A DNA stretch of 64,000 bases. It comes from Chitinophagales bacterium (GTDB taxonomy: Bacteria; Bacteroidota; Bacteroidia; Chitinophagales; Chitinophagaceae). Below, one piece after another: positions 18,375 through 28,600 of this stretch (positions are counted from its first letter, which is position 1; every line of letters starts with the position of its first letter). Under the pieces are notes generated by a model that worked only from the letters and a program-made list of their open reading frames with translations, ran no database searches and had not been told where the DNA came from. The translations under genes and the position numbers were made by a program. The stretch spans positions 49,937 to 113,936 of the forward strand of contig JAIXLB010000027.1 in assembly GCA_026931905.1 (NCBI GenBank), read 5' to 3'.

Positions 18375-19679
18375 TTATTTTCTTTTACCTGATCTTGGTG
18401 CTAAATCAATTACACAACGGAAACCAATATAAGATTTTGCTGTGTCTTGATATTCATAAGATCTTGTTCCTGTTTGTAAATAGTAACCTACATCTTTCCA
18501 GCTACCTCCTCTTACAACTTTTCTTTTCATTCTTGGAGGATCGTCGTCTTTTGCATCATAACGAATATCTGGGTTCATATCATGTATAAGATTGTAAGAA
18601 CCTTCGTAATAATAAGAACCTGTCCATTCTGCTACATTTCCAGACATATTATATAATCCAAAATCATTAGGCCAATAAGCATCGGCTCTTACTGTATAAA
18701 AACCTCCATCTTCTGGATAATTACCACGACCTGGTTTAAAGTTAGCTAATAAACAGCCTTTTTTGTTTCTTAAATAATAGTTACCCCAAGGATACATTGA
18801 GTTGGTTCTTCCTCCACGAGCTGCATATTCCCATTCTGCCTCACTTGGTAATCTAAAATCACTTTCTGCAGCCATTTTCTTTTTACCTAAAAATGTATTT
18901 AAAAGTTGGGTTCTCCAATGACAAAATGCAACTGCTTGTTTCCAATTTACGCCTACTACAGGATAATTTCCAAAAGATGGATGACTGTAATATCTTTTAG
19001 TCATTGGCTCATTATATGCATAAGAAAAATCTCTTAACCAAACCAAAGTATCTGGATAAACCGCTTGGTCAAAACGTTTGATAAATTTAGTACGAGGTAC
19101 ATCTTTATTTTCAATTTTAGCAGCTTCTGCTAAATCGAAATATTCTATATGATACACTATTTTTTTAGGATCTACTTCAATTTTTCCATATAATCTTTCT
19201 GGTGCATCAATCATTAATTTATTACCTAATTTTTCTAAAGTGCTTTGATCGTATTTAACATCTTTTAATTTAGTCCAATCAACTGCAATGGCAGAATCAC
19301 CACCACCGCCACCATTTGTATTTTTTACATAACCCAATTCTTTTAAAGCAATTGAATCTCTTGTCCAATTTACAAATTGACGGTATTCGTTGTTGGTAAT
19401 TTCAGTATTATCCATCCAAAAACCATTGATGGAAACTTGCTTGTTTCTAGCAGTATAATTAAAATTAATATCCTCATCGCTTGGACCCATGTGGAATGTT
19501 CCTGGAGGAATATATACCAATCCTGCTAACCTGCCAGGATTAGGTTTTGCGGCTGGTGCAACACCTACTAATTGACCATTATCAGGCGTTCCTTTTGATT
19601 TGCCTTTTTTTAACATGTTACAAGATGTTATGCCAGATAACAATACTAGTAACGAAAGTGCACTTAAACATTTTCTCAT
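18375..19679 (-). CDS. gldK: gliding motility / T9SS lipoprotein GldK (PorK), FGE-sulfatase fold
   Basis: Lipoprotein signal MRKCLSALSLLVLLSGITSC and SUMF1/FGE-type motifs (GVNW, RGGSWKD). The ATG at 19679 is preferred over the track start at 19739 because the predicted promoter lies inside the longer ORF. Confidence 0.9.
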   Translation of the reverse strand: MRKCLSALSLLVLLSGITSCNMLKKGKSKGTPDNGQLVGVAPAAKPNPGRLAGLVYIPPGTFHMGPSDEDINFNYTARNKQVSINGFWMDNTEITNNEYRQFVNWTRDSIALKELGYVKNTNGGGGGDSAIAVDWTKLKDVKYDQSTLEKLGNKLMIDAPERLYGKIEVDPKKIVYHIEYFDLAEAAKIENKDVPRTKFIKRFDQAVYPDTLVWLRDFSYAYNEPMTKRYYSHPSFGNYPVVGVNWKQAVAFCHWRTQLLNTFLGKKKMAAESDFRLPSEAEWEYAARGGRTNSMYPWGNYYLRNKKGCLLANFKPGRGNYPEDGGFYTVRADAYWPNDFGLYNMSGNVAEWTGSYYYEGSYNLIHDMNPDIRYDAKDDDPPRMKRKVVRGGSWKDVGYYLQTGTRSYEYQDTAKSYIGFRCVIDLAPRSGKRK

Positions 19680-19710
19680 TATACAAATAATTGAAGGGTA
19701 GTACAGTGTA

Positions 19711-19740
19711 CAAATATATAGATTTTTTTTTTGCTCCAAA
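19711..19740 (-). promoter_or_regulatory. predicted promoter of gldKLMN (-33 TTTG, 18-nt spacer containing A10, -7 TATATTTG)
   Basis: The minus strand reads TTTGgagcAAAAAAAAAAtctaTATATTTG. The -7 box is at 19718..19711 and the -33 at 19740..19737, 31 nt upstream of the ATG at 19679. Confidence 0.45.
19723..19732. repeat. T10/A10 homopolymer tract
   Basis: Ten consecutive T on the plus strand, the longest homopolymer I noticed in the window. It lies in the gldK promoter spacer. Confidence 0.8.
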
Positions 19741-19877
19741 TTAATTTTTTAAAAATTATCCCCAATAAAGGGTAATTTATAACGAACAATTTTGAAACTT
19801 ATTGTACAGCAATACCATTTAAAAAGTAGCTCAGTTATTGAATTTATTCTTTAGTAGCTATTTCAATTAATGTTTTG

Positions 19878-21911
19878 TTATACAATAGCTAAAAACTCAT
19901 TTATATTATACAATGGCTTTTTGCAACTATAATTACGGCACAAATAAAAAGTATTTTTTTTATTTTCAAACCTATTTTTTAATAAAGAAAAATTATTTTT
20001 TTCAGTAGTGCTGATTTGCAATACTTTATTAGGAATATATTTTTGTAAAAGCAGGGGTAAATCATCTAAAATATTTTCACCACACAATACTATTTCTTGT
20101 GTACCAAACACTAATTCTTGCAGGATAATTAACCAAGCAGCAAAAGAAGTTGGGTGTTTTGTAGCAGTTGGCAAAAGTGTTTGTAGCATTTTTTCTGCTT
20201 TTAATTTCCATTCTTTTTTTTCAAAAATAATACCTAAATAGAGCATACTTTTAGCTATTACAGCATTGGCACTGGGCAATGCTCCATCATAAATTTCTAT
20301 TTTTCTTATTAAATTATCTGTTTGAGCTTGATGCGTATAATACAATAAATCATTATCGCTACTAAAAAACTCTAAAACATAATCAGTTAAATTTTGGGCT
20401 GCATATAAAAATATTTCGTTAGCAGTAATTTCCTGTAAATGAATATAGGCTTCTATTAAATAGGCATAATCATCTAAAAAGGCATTAATTTTTGGAATAC
20501 CATTTTTATATGTATGCTTCCATTGTTCTTGAGTTTTAAAATGATTTTCTAAAAATTGTATTTGTTGTATTGCTACTTGTTTATACTGTTCATTGCTTGT
20601 TGCTGCATAAGCTTTGCAATAAGCAGTAATCATTAAAGCATTCCAGCCTAAAAGCATTTTATCGTCCAAATTTGGCTTTATCCTTTTTTCTCTTTGTTTT
20701 AATAGCTTTTCTTTACATGATGTTAAGATTTTTTGCAAATCTTTTTCTAACATTTTATGTTCTTCAGCAAATGCAGTTATTGATTTTTTAATCCTTAAAA
20801 TATTGGTTTGTTCCCAATTTCCATTTTTTGTAATATCATAAAACGAACAAAAAATAGTTGCATTTTGTTGTAAAATTTGCTCTACTTCTTCTTTACTCCA
20901 TGTATAATATTTTCCTTCTTCACCCTCACTATCTGCATCTAAAGCACAATAAAAGCCTCCATTTTCTTGTAGCATTTCTCTTTCAATAAATGCTAAAGTT
21001 TGTTCTATTATTTCTTTAAACAAATGATTGGCAGTAAGCTGATAAGCTTCGCTTAAAATAATAATCATTAAAGCATTATCGTACAGCATTTTTTCAAAGT
21101 GAGGAGCAAGCCATTGAGCATCTGTACTATATCTTGCAAAGCCTCCTCCTATATGATCATAAATTCCACCATTAATCATTTTATTGAGCGATAATAACAC
21201 ATGATTAAGAGCATCTTTATCTTGAGTGTTATGAAATTGTCTTAATAAAAACTGTAGCAATAATGTTTGAGGAAATTTGGGGGCATTACCAAAACCACCA
21301 TCAAGCACATCTGCCTGTTGTAAAATATTTTTTGTTATTGTGTTTAAGGCTTCTGTAGTAAAAAAATCAAAACCTGCATTTGAAATATTTTGATTAGTGA
21401 GGAAATTATTAGCAGTAAATAAATGCTGTGTTAATTGCTCTGCCTGACTTTCTATTTCATCTTTCTTTTCTTTAAATGCTTTTATTATATTTTGTAAAAC
21501 TTCTTTCCAGCTTAACCTACCATATAAACGCTTTGGCGGAAAATAAGTTCCTCCAAAAAAGGGCTTTTGATGGGGTGTTAAAAAAACATGTAGGGGCCAA
21601 CCACCACTACCTGTAATGGTTTGTACAACATCCATATAAATACTGTCTAAATCTGGCCTTTCTTCTCTATCAATTTTAATATTAATGAAATTTTCGTTCA
21701 TTAACTTTGCTGTTTCTTCATTTTCAAAACTTTCCTTTTCCATTACATGACACCAATGGCAAGCAGCATAACCAATGCTCAATAAAATAATTTTATTTTC
21801 ATTTTTTGCCAATGTTAAAGATTCATTGCCCCAAGGATACCAGTTTACAGGATTGTGGGCATGTTGCAACAAGTAAGGAGAAGTTTCATTAATTAAATGA
21901 TTGGCGTGCAT
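19878..21911 (-). CDS. thioredoxin-domain protein of the YyaL/DUF255 (SSP411-like) family
   Basis: N-terminus [18 protein letters not shown], thioredoxin-like CHWCHVM, and a long alpha/alpha-toroid-like C-terminal region; 677 aa. Confidence 0.85.
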   Translation of the reverse strand: MHANHLINETSPYLLQHAHNPVNWYPWGNESLTLAKNENKIILLSIGYAACHWCHVMEKESFENEETAKLMNENFINIKIDREERPDLDSIYMDVVQTITGSGGWPLHVFLTPHQKPFFGGTYFPPKRLYGRLSWKEVLQNIIKAFKEKKDEIESQAEQLTQHLFTANNFLTNQNISNAGFDFFTTEALNTITKNILQQADVLDGGFGNAPKFPQTLLLQFLLRQFHNTQDKDALNHVLLSLNKMINGGIYDHIGGGFARYSTDAQWLAPHFEKMLYDNALMIIILSEAYQLTANHLFKEIIEQTLAFIEREMLQENGGFYCALDADSEGEEGKYYTWSKEEVEQILQQNATIFCSFYDITKNGNWEQTNILRIKKSITAFAEEHKMLEKDLQKILTSCKEKLLKQREKRIKPNLDDKMLLGWNALMITAYCKAYAATSNEQYKQVAIQQIQFLENHFKTQEQWKHTYKNGIPKINAFLDDYAYLIEAYIHLQEITANEIFLYAAQNLTDYVLEFFSSDNDLLYYTHQAQTDNLIRKIEIYDGALPSANAVIAKSMLYLGIIFEKKEWKLKAEKMLQTLLPTATKHPTSFAAWLIILQELVFGTQEIVLCGENILDDLPLLLQKYIPNKVLQISTTEKNNFSLLKNRFENKKNTFYLCRNYSCKKPLYNINEFLAIV

Positions 21912-21996
21912 AAAAATTTCATCTTTTAATTTTTATTAAAAACTACTTAGATAAATATAAAAATTAAAAGGCTAATTAAGTTACTAAAAGCAAAAA

Positions 21997-22791
21997 TTAT
22001 TTCTTCTGATTTTCTGCTAAAAATTTGTCCAATGCTGTTATCATACTTGGCACTTGAGGGGCAGGTGCTTTTATTTTTATTTCAAGTCCAGCATTTTCTG
22101 CAGCAGTTAAAGTATTATTTCCAAAAATGCCAATTAAGGTACTATTTTGTTTAAATGTAGGAAAATTATCATACAAGCTTTTTACGCCACTTGGTGTAAA
22201 TAAACAAATAATATCGTATCCTTTTTTATCAAACAACGGCTTAATATCGTTACTTATGGTACGATACATAAAAGCTAAAACAAAATCGCATTTATGAGCT
22301 TTAAACCAGTTTACAATTTCGTTATCCTGCTGATTTTCGCTACATACATACATAAATCTTTCGTTCTCTTTATGTTTATTAATTACATCAAATAAACTTT
22401 TATTAGAACTATCGGCACCATAAAAAACTTTTCTTTTTCTGTATAAAGTAAATTTTTGAAGATACAATGCAACCGCTTCTGTAATACAAAAATATTTCAT
22501 ATCCTGACTAACTGAAACTTTCATTTCTTCGCACATCTTAAAAAAGAAATCAATAGCATTACGACTTGTAAATACAACTGCTGTATATTTTAAAATATCA
22601 ATTTTTTGTTTACGAAATTCTTTGGGAGTAATGGAGTCTAATTTAATAAAAGGAGCAAATATGAGTTCTACATTATGCTTTTTTTCTAAATCAAAGTAAG
22701 GCGATTTTTCACTTTCTGGTCGTGGTTGAGCAATAAGAATTCTCTTAATTAATTTTGTGTTTTGTGTACGGGTTACTCCAGTTTTTGCCAT
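21997..22791 (-). CDS. hemD: uroporphyrinogen-III synthase-like protein (HemD family)
   Basis: About 260 aa with the Bacteroidota HemD-like N-terminus ILIAQPRPESEKSPYFDL, downstream of a DUF4271-like gene as in other Bacteroidota. Confidence 0.65.
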   Translation of the reverse strand: MAKTGVTRTQNTKLIKRILIAQPRPESEKSPYFDLEKKHNVELIFAPFIKLDSITPKEFRKQKIDILKYTAVVFTSRNAIDFFFKMCEEMKVSVSQDMKYFCITEAVALYLQKFTLYRKRKVFYGADSSNKSLFDVINKHKENERFMYVCSENQQDNEIVNWFKAHKCDFVLAFMYRTISNDIKPLFDKKGYDIICLFTPSGVKSLYDNFPTFKQNSTLIGIFGNNTLTAAENAGLEIKIKAPAPQVPSMITALDKFLAENQKK

Positions 22792-22820
22792 GCTTTTTCT
22801 TCTTAATATTCTCTAAAAAT

Positions 22821-23906
22821 TTATACTTTAATATAGTTAAATACTGCTTTGTACAATAGGGCAATAGGCAGTACTTCAAAGGCACAAAGATAAAGAAAAA
22901 AATGTATAGCACTAATTTTAACTGTATTTCGTATTGCTTTATAACCCAACCAATATCTGTATAAAAATAAAACACCAATTAGCACTAATGCTACTGTAAT
23001 ACTTGTTGTAGCAATTTTTGGAAGCGAAAATGCAAGTACAAATAAAATTGGAATTAAAATTACTCCTATCATTTTATTGATTAAAAAAATAATAAAAGTA
23101 TATGAGCCAATAATTTGCTGCATATTAAAAACCCATCCAGAAAATAATAAGAAAATGTATTTTATAAAGTAAATAGCAACCAATAATCCCGTACAATATA
23201 ATAAAATAATCCAAAAATTGATTTGAAGTAAATTAAAGTGCTGCACTAACAAGGTTATAAATACACCTGTGCAAATAAAAAAGGAAATATTCATGAATAA
23301 AGATGGAAGACTGTCTTGCAATAACTGATCTCTTGTTTGCTTTTGTTTGTAAGTTGATTGATACAATATTTTGAAAATATCAGTAAAATATTTAGGAAAA
23401 CTTACTTTAATAAATGCAACAATTAAAACAACTCCTAATAATAAATAAAATAAATAGTCTTTATTTTTTGTTTGCATTTTAGACGATACCATAAAAATTT
23501 TATTCCCTTTTAAAGGAAAGTATTTTGAAGCCAAAATTGATTCAAAAGTAGAAGTGTCAATTTCCTTTACTAAAGGCACAACCTTAGTGTTATTAATACT
23601 ATCTTGATTAATATTTTTGGTAGAGTCTGGTAGGGTTAAAGAATCTATTGCATTAACCGTTGTATCAAGCAATGGCTTTGACACTTTGGTGGGTTGTATA
23701 TATTTTTTAGAAGTATCTTTTGTAATAGATGTATCTGCTGATACTTTAGGCTTTACAATAGGCTTTATATTTTTTTTGCCTGTGTCTTTACTATGTTTTT
23801 TTGATGTATCCTTAATAATAGTATCTGTTTGAGCAAAAACTATATTTGATATTAATAAAAGAAAAACTATAAATACTATATTCTTCAAGAGTACATTTTT
23901 TTGCAA
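22821..23906 (-). CDS. DUF4271-like polytopic membrane protein
   Basis: Signal/TM segment, a Lys/Thr/Ser-rich region with KDTSKK repeats, then about 6 TM helices. The track start is a TTG that overlaps a TACTTTTG -7 box (23911..23904), so the true start may be the TTG at 23888. Confidence 0.5.
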   Translation of the reverse strand: MQKNVLLKNIVFIVFLLLISNIVFAQTDTIIKDTSKKHSKDTGKKNIKPIVKPKVSADTSITKDTSKKYIQPTKVSKPLLDTTVNAIDSLTLPDSTKNINQDSINNTKVVPLVKEIDTSTFESILASKYFPLKGNKIFMVSSKMQTKNKDYLFYLLLGVVLIVAFIKVSFPKYFTDIFKILYQSTYKQKQTRDQLLQDSLPSLFMNISFFICTGVFITLLVQHFNLLQINFWIILLYCTGLLVAIYFIKYIFLLFSGWVFNMQQIIGSYTFIIFLINKMIGVILIPILFVLAFSLPKIATTSITVALVLIGVLFLYRYWLGYKAIRNTVKISAIHFFLYLCAFEVLPIALLYKAVFNYIKV

Positions 23907-24067
23907 AAGTAATAGACTGAATGAGATAAATTTTTAACCTCTTTTAAAAAAACATTTATCCCTTTGTACAGCATTACAACCTTTTAACAAGTTTTAAAGA
24001 ATAAACATTAAACTTTAATGTTCTCATATAGTCTATTAAGAAAATTATAAAAACAAAAAATAAGATT

Positions 24068-24709
24068 ATGAAACACATTAAAATGTATGTATTAGGAGTA
24101 GTTTTGTTAATAGGTTTACATCAGCTCCAAGCACAAAACAAACCAGGCAACCGAGGGCAAAGATTTCAAAAAAGCGAAAAAATGAATGCTCGTAATAATG
24201 CCATTGAATTTGCCAAAGAATTAAACCTAACAGATGAACAAAAAGCAAAAGTAAAAACCATTAATGAAGAGTTTAGAACAAAAGCAAAAGCCTTAAAAGA
24301 CAACGATAAATTAACTATGGGCGAATACAAAACACAAATGGCAGCTTTACAAAAAGAAAGAAAAGAAAAATTAGAAGCAGTTTTAACACCCGAACAAAAA
24401 CAAAAAGCAAAAGAACTTAGACAAAAAAACAAAGAAAAAAAAGAAGCAAACAGTGATGCAAGGATAAAGAAAATGCAAGAAAATTTAAACCTTAGCGATG
24501 CTCAAGTAAGCAAAATAAAAGAACAAAACACTACTTTTAATACAAAAGCAAAAGCTATTAGAGATAACGCTTCTTTAACCCCTGTAGAAAAAAAACAACA
24601 ACTTTTAGCATTGAATAAAGAAAGAAAAGATGCTGTAAAATCAATACTCACAAAAGAACAATTAGAAAAACAAGCAAGTTTTAAACACAAAGAAAAAGCA
24701 ATAAGATAA
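24068..24709 (+). CDS. periplasmic LTXXQ-motif (Spy/CpxP-like, DUF4890-like) protein, two tandem modules
   Basis: Signal peptide. There are two about 75-aa modules, each L(T/S)D(E/A)Q...K.....F.TKAKA(L/I).DN..LT..E......AL.KERK......LT.EQ. Strongly Lys/Glu-rich. Confidence 0.55.
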   Translation: MKHIKMYVLGVVLLIGLHQLQAQNKPGNRGQRFQKSEKMNARNNAIEFAKELNLTDEQKAKVKTINEEFRTKAKALKDNDKLTMGEYKTQMAALQKERKEKLEAVLTPEQKQKAKELRQKNKEKKEANSDARIKKMQENLNLSDAQVSKIKEQNTTFNTKAKAIRDNASLTPVEKKQQLLALNKERKDAVKSILTKEQLEKQASFKHKEKAIR

Positions 24710-24735
24710 GAAAGAAAAAACAACATACTTAAATT

Positions 24736-24774
24736 ACAACAACAATGGGCTTTTAAAAAGCCCATTGTTGTTGT
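24736..24774. terminator. bidirectional rho-independent terminator
   Basis: Perfect 18-bp stem ACAACAACAATGGGCTTT/AAAGCCCATTGTTGTTGT with a 3-nt loop, between convergent genes. Confidence 0.75.
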
Positions 24775-24795
24775 ATGCTACACTTTTACAAGCCC

Positions 24796-25389
24796 TCAAC
24801 TATCTTTCCATTTCCATAAATGTAAGCAAGCATAAGTTCTATAAGGTTTCCATTTTTCAGCTATTTTTATCATCTTATCTTTCAATAACTTTTTATCGGT
24901 AGCATCTAATTTATATAACTTTATCATAGCTTGTTGAATACCTAAATCATCAACAGAAAAAACATCTTCTCTTCCTAAGCTAAACATCAATAACATTTCT
25001 ACAGTCCATTTTCCCACACCTTTTATTTGAATTAATAAATTTAAAATTTCATCGTTACTCATTTTTTGCAACTTCTTGTCGGTAATATTATGCTCTAAAC
25101 AAAAAGCTGCAACATTTTGTACATAATTTACTTTTGCATTGCTTAAACCAATACCTCTTAAAGTTTCAAAAGAAGTGTCTAAAACCTGCTGTGGCAAAGG
25201 TTCTTTGCCATTATAAATATCTAAAAATCTTTTGTAAATAACTTTAGCAACTTTAGTGCTTAATTGCTGGCTCATTATATTAGCCATTAAACGCAAAGAA
25301 ATATTTTTATGAAAATGTAATTGCTGTAATTCTTCTCCTAAACACGTAGCTAATTTTTTATCTTTTTGTAAGTGTACTTGGTAACTCAT
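24796..25389 (-). CDS. DNA-3-methyladenine glycosylase II family protein (HhH-GPD, AlkA-like)
   Basis: HhH motif IKGVGKWTVEMLLMF followed by the catalytic-Asp region VFSVDDLGIQQ; 197 aa. Confidence 0.8.
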   Translation of the reverse strand: MSYQVHLQKDKKLATCLGEELQQLHFHKNISLRLMANIMSQQLSTKVAKVIYKRFLDIYNGKEPLPQQVLDTSFETLRGIGLSNAKVNYVQNVAAFCLEHNITDKKLQKMSNDEILNLLIQIKGVGKWTVEMLLMFSLGREDVFSVDDLGIQQAMIKLYKLDATDKKLLKDKMIKIAEKWKPYRTYACLHLWKWKDS

Positions 25390-25566
25390 AATGCAATTAT
25401 TTTTATTTTATAATCAATGAAAATAGAATTTTTCAAGAGCCTTAATCAGAAAGGAAAAATGGCACAAGATAATTTAATTTTTTATAACAGCATTGAGTTA
25501 TTTTTTTTTGTAATTTTTTCTTCCACAAACTACTCATCATTGAGTAAAATACCATTTACATTCATT

Positions 25567-25574
25567 TACATTTG
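25567..25574 (+). promoter_or_regulatory. -7 box TACATTTG upstream of the SNF2 gene
   Basis: TAnnTTTG match 35 nt upstream of the ATG at 25610. It is embedded in a 2x tandem 10-mer CATTTACATT (25553-25572). Confidence 0.4.
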
Positions 25575-25609
25575 CAGATTAACTTTTTCAAACCTATACT
25601 TCAAACTCA

Positions 25610-28600
25610 ATGGCTTTATCTTACTTAATAAAATATGTTTACAACAATGGCTCTGAAGAAGTAATACGTAGAGGTAAAAAAATATTTACTTCTGGCAATG
25701 TAGAGTTAACGGAAAATAATGAATTTTTAGGCAACGCCATATTTAGAGTAAAAGACGATACTTATGCCACCTATTATAAAGTTCATATAGACAATTTTAA
25801 AGACGAAAAAGAAATAAACCTACGATGCAATTGTCCTCACAGTTTTAGTGAAATATGCAGGCACAAAGCTGCTGCTTTATTTCAATTACAAGATTTAATA
25901 GATAGAAATATTTTAGGAAGTAAAAGTAAAAATTATACCCAAAAACATACCATTATTCGTATGAAGCATTTAGATGTAAAACTCATCAAAATGCTTTCTT
26001 CTCATCAAGCATTTGAAGATGCTGAAGAATTTTTGCGTACTAATAAAGTAAATATTATTGAAGCAAAAGACGAACGTGTAATAGCAGAAGTAGATTGGAA
26101 AAATGAAAAATGGAAAGTTATTATTCGTAAAAACGAGGATAGATATTTTGATACAAGTTGCAACGATTTATCAGAAATAAACTATCCCTTATGTACACAA
26201 AAAGTAATTGTGTTATTGCATCTAATAAAAAAATATGGTGCAAATTATTTTGATAATATTCGGAATTGGGATTCTGTAAAAAATAAATTATTAGGCATAT
26301 ATGGTTATACCTTAAACGATGATTTAAAAGGTAAATTTGAATTTACTTACCAAAACGGAAAACCCTTTTTACGAGTTTTAGACCCATCAATAAAACGAAT
26401 AGATACTCCTTTACAAATTGAAGCAATCGTTAAACCTGCTTGGGACGAACCTGTAAGTTCTTTAGTAAATACAACTACTGAAACTACTGCAACATTTTTT
26501 GTAGATACGCCAGCAAAAAGTGCTTTAAAATTGGGTATTGTAATTACTTATCAAGAGCAACAATATCCCTACTTTCAAGTTGAAGCAATTCAAGGAGAAC
26601 CCAATGATGATTTCAGTTCTTACATAAGCAAAACTGAAAAAATTGATTTAAACAAATTTGTACATACAGAACAATTTAGTGAAGACGATAAAATTCTTAT
26701 TCAACAACTAAGAAAATTTTTACCATCAGAGCTAAACAAATACTTATCAAGAAACTCTCCTTTTAGTGGTGTTTGGGATAATATTATTCAACAACACAAT
26801 GCCGAGTTTCCTGATGAAACAAAACATTTAATAAACGAGTACTTACATCCAAAACTTCAAAAGCTTTTTACAGATTTTGCAGAAACAAATTTTTCTTTTT
26901 ACTTACCCAATGGCAATAAGTTTATTACTGCTAATCTTGAGCATGCAGAGTTAAGCAATCAACTTATATCTCCACAGTTTTACATAAACTTCAATAATAA
27001 CGAATACGAAATTTCGTGCAAAGCTAAGCTACCATTAAACGAAATTTGTATTAGCGAAAATGAAAGTAATACTCCCTTGTTTTTTCAATACCACCATAAA
27101 TTATTTACTTGGAAAAAGGTAGAAGACATACAAGTAACTGAAAAGTTTTTGCCTACAGGAAAAATAAATGTAAACATAAAAGATTGGGATAAATATTTAA
27201 GACAACTCGTTTTACCCTTATCGAAAGAATATAAAGTACATTTTGGCAACTTACAAAAAGCAGAAATAAAAGATGAAGCTCCAGCATTAAAAATTGTACT
27301 AAAAGAGCAAGGCGATTATTTAAGTTTTCATCCTGTATTTACTTATAAAGAATACGAAATAACTGATGCTGATAAAGAAACTATTATTTTGCCTTTAGCA
27401 GGTAAACTTTTAATTGTTTATAGAAACTTAGAAGCAGAAAAAGATTGGTTACAAAAAATAGAAAATTTACACTCCCATTTTATACGACCTCTAAATAATA
27501 ATACTTTGGCATTGCGTGGGGCAGATGTTTTACGCAACAACTGGTTCTTTTTATTTGTAGATGCCATGAAAGAATTGAATGTGCCCATTTATGGCTTTGA
27601 GGCACTCGAAAACTACCGATTTAATACAGCAAAACCTTCTACAAAAATTTATATAAGTAGCAATACCGATTGGTTTGATGCAAAAATTGAAATACAATTT
27701 GGCGAGCAAAAAGTAACGGTAGATGATGTAAAAAAAGCTTTAGCCAATAAGCAACAATATGTTCCCTTAGCAGATGGTTCATTAGGAATTTTACCAGATG
27801 AATGGATAAGAAAATATTCTTTATTATTCAAAGTAGGCGAAGGCAAAGCAAATGATATGCGTTTAAGCAAATATCAATACAGCGTTGTAGAAGATTTATA
27901 TAATCAAAGAGATGAAGAGGAGTTATACATTCAGTTAGAAGAGAAATATGATAAGCTACGATACAATCATGAAATAAAGAAAATAAATCCACCGCCACAT
28001 CTTAGCACTATTTTACGCCCTTACCAAGAAAGCGGTTTTCAATGGCTCAATTATTTAAGTGAAGTAAAATGGGGAGGCATTTTAGCAGATGATATGGGTT
28101 TAGGAAAAACCATTCAAACACTTAGCTTTTTACAACATTTAAAAGATGAAAATAAAACTCTAAAAGCATTGGTGGTTTGCCCAACAACATTAATGTTCAA
28201 CTGGCAAAACGAAATAAAAAAATTCACTAACTCCTTAACTTTTTACACACATCATGGAGGAGCAAGAGATAAATCGAACCTTACCAATGAAACCACAGAT
28301 ATTATTATTACTACCTATGGTACATTGAGAAGTGATATAAAATATTTTGTGGAAATAGATTTTGATTACATTGTTTTAGATGAAAGTCAGGCTATAAAAA
28401 ATCCTGCAAGTAAGGTTACAAAAGCAGTTTGTGTTTTAAAAGCTAAAAATCGCTTATGCCTTACAGGTACACCATTACAAAACAATACGTTTGACATTTT
28501 TGCTCAAATGAATTTTTTAAACCCTGGCATGTTGGGCAGTCAAGAATTTTTTAAAAACGAATTTGCTGTTCCTATTGATAAGTATAACGAAAAAGAACAA

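Noticed and set aside
19680-19739. N-terminal extensions in the ORF track at gldK (19739), 6629, 29452, 31260, 36714, 41326, 42328, 49216 and 62631.
   Set aside because: Most of these start at TTG. They overlap predicted -7 boxes or precede an in-frame ATG that yields a canonical signal peptide, lipobox or family-typical N-terminus, so I trimmed them to the downstream ATG.
25553-25572. Tandem 10-mer CATTTACATT x2 upstream of the SNF2 gene.
   Set aside because: There are only two copies, and the second one simply forms the TACATTTG -7 box. That is too short to call a repeat element.
25417-25656. 79-aa ORF in the alkA-like/SNF2 divergent control region.
   Set aside because: It spans an AT-rich promoter region, contains the predicted SNF2 -7 box, overlaps the SNF2 start, and its sequence is low-complexity (Phe/Ile/Asn-rich). 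It is most likely non-coding.
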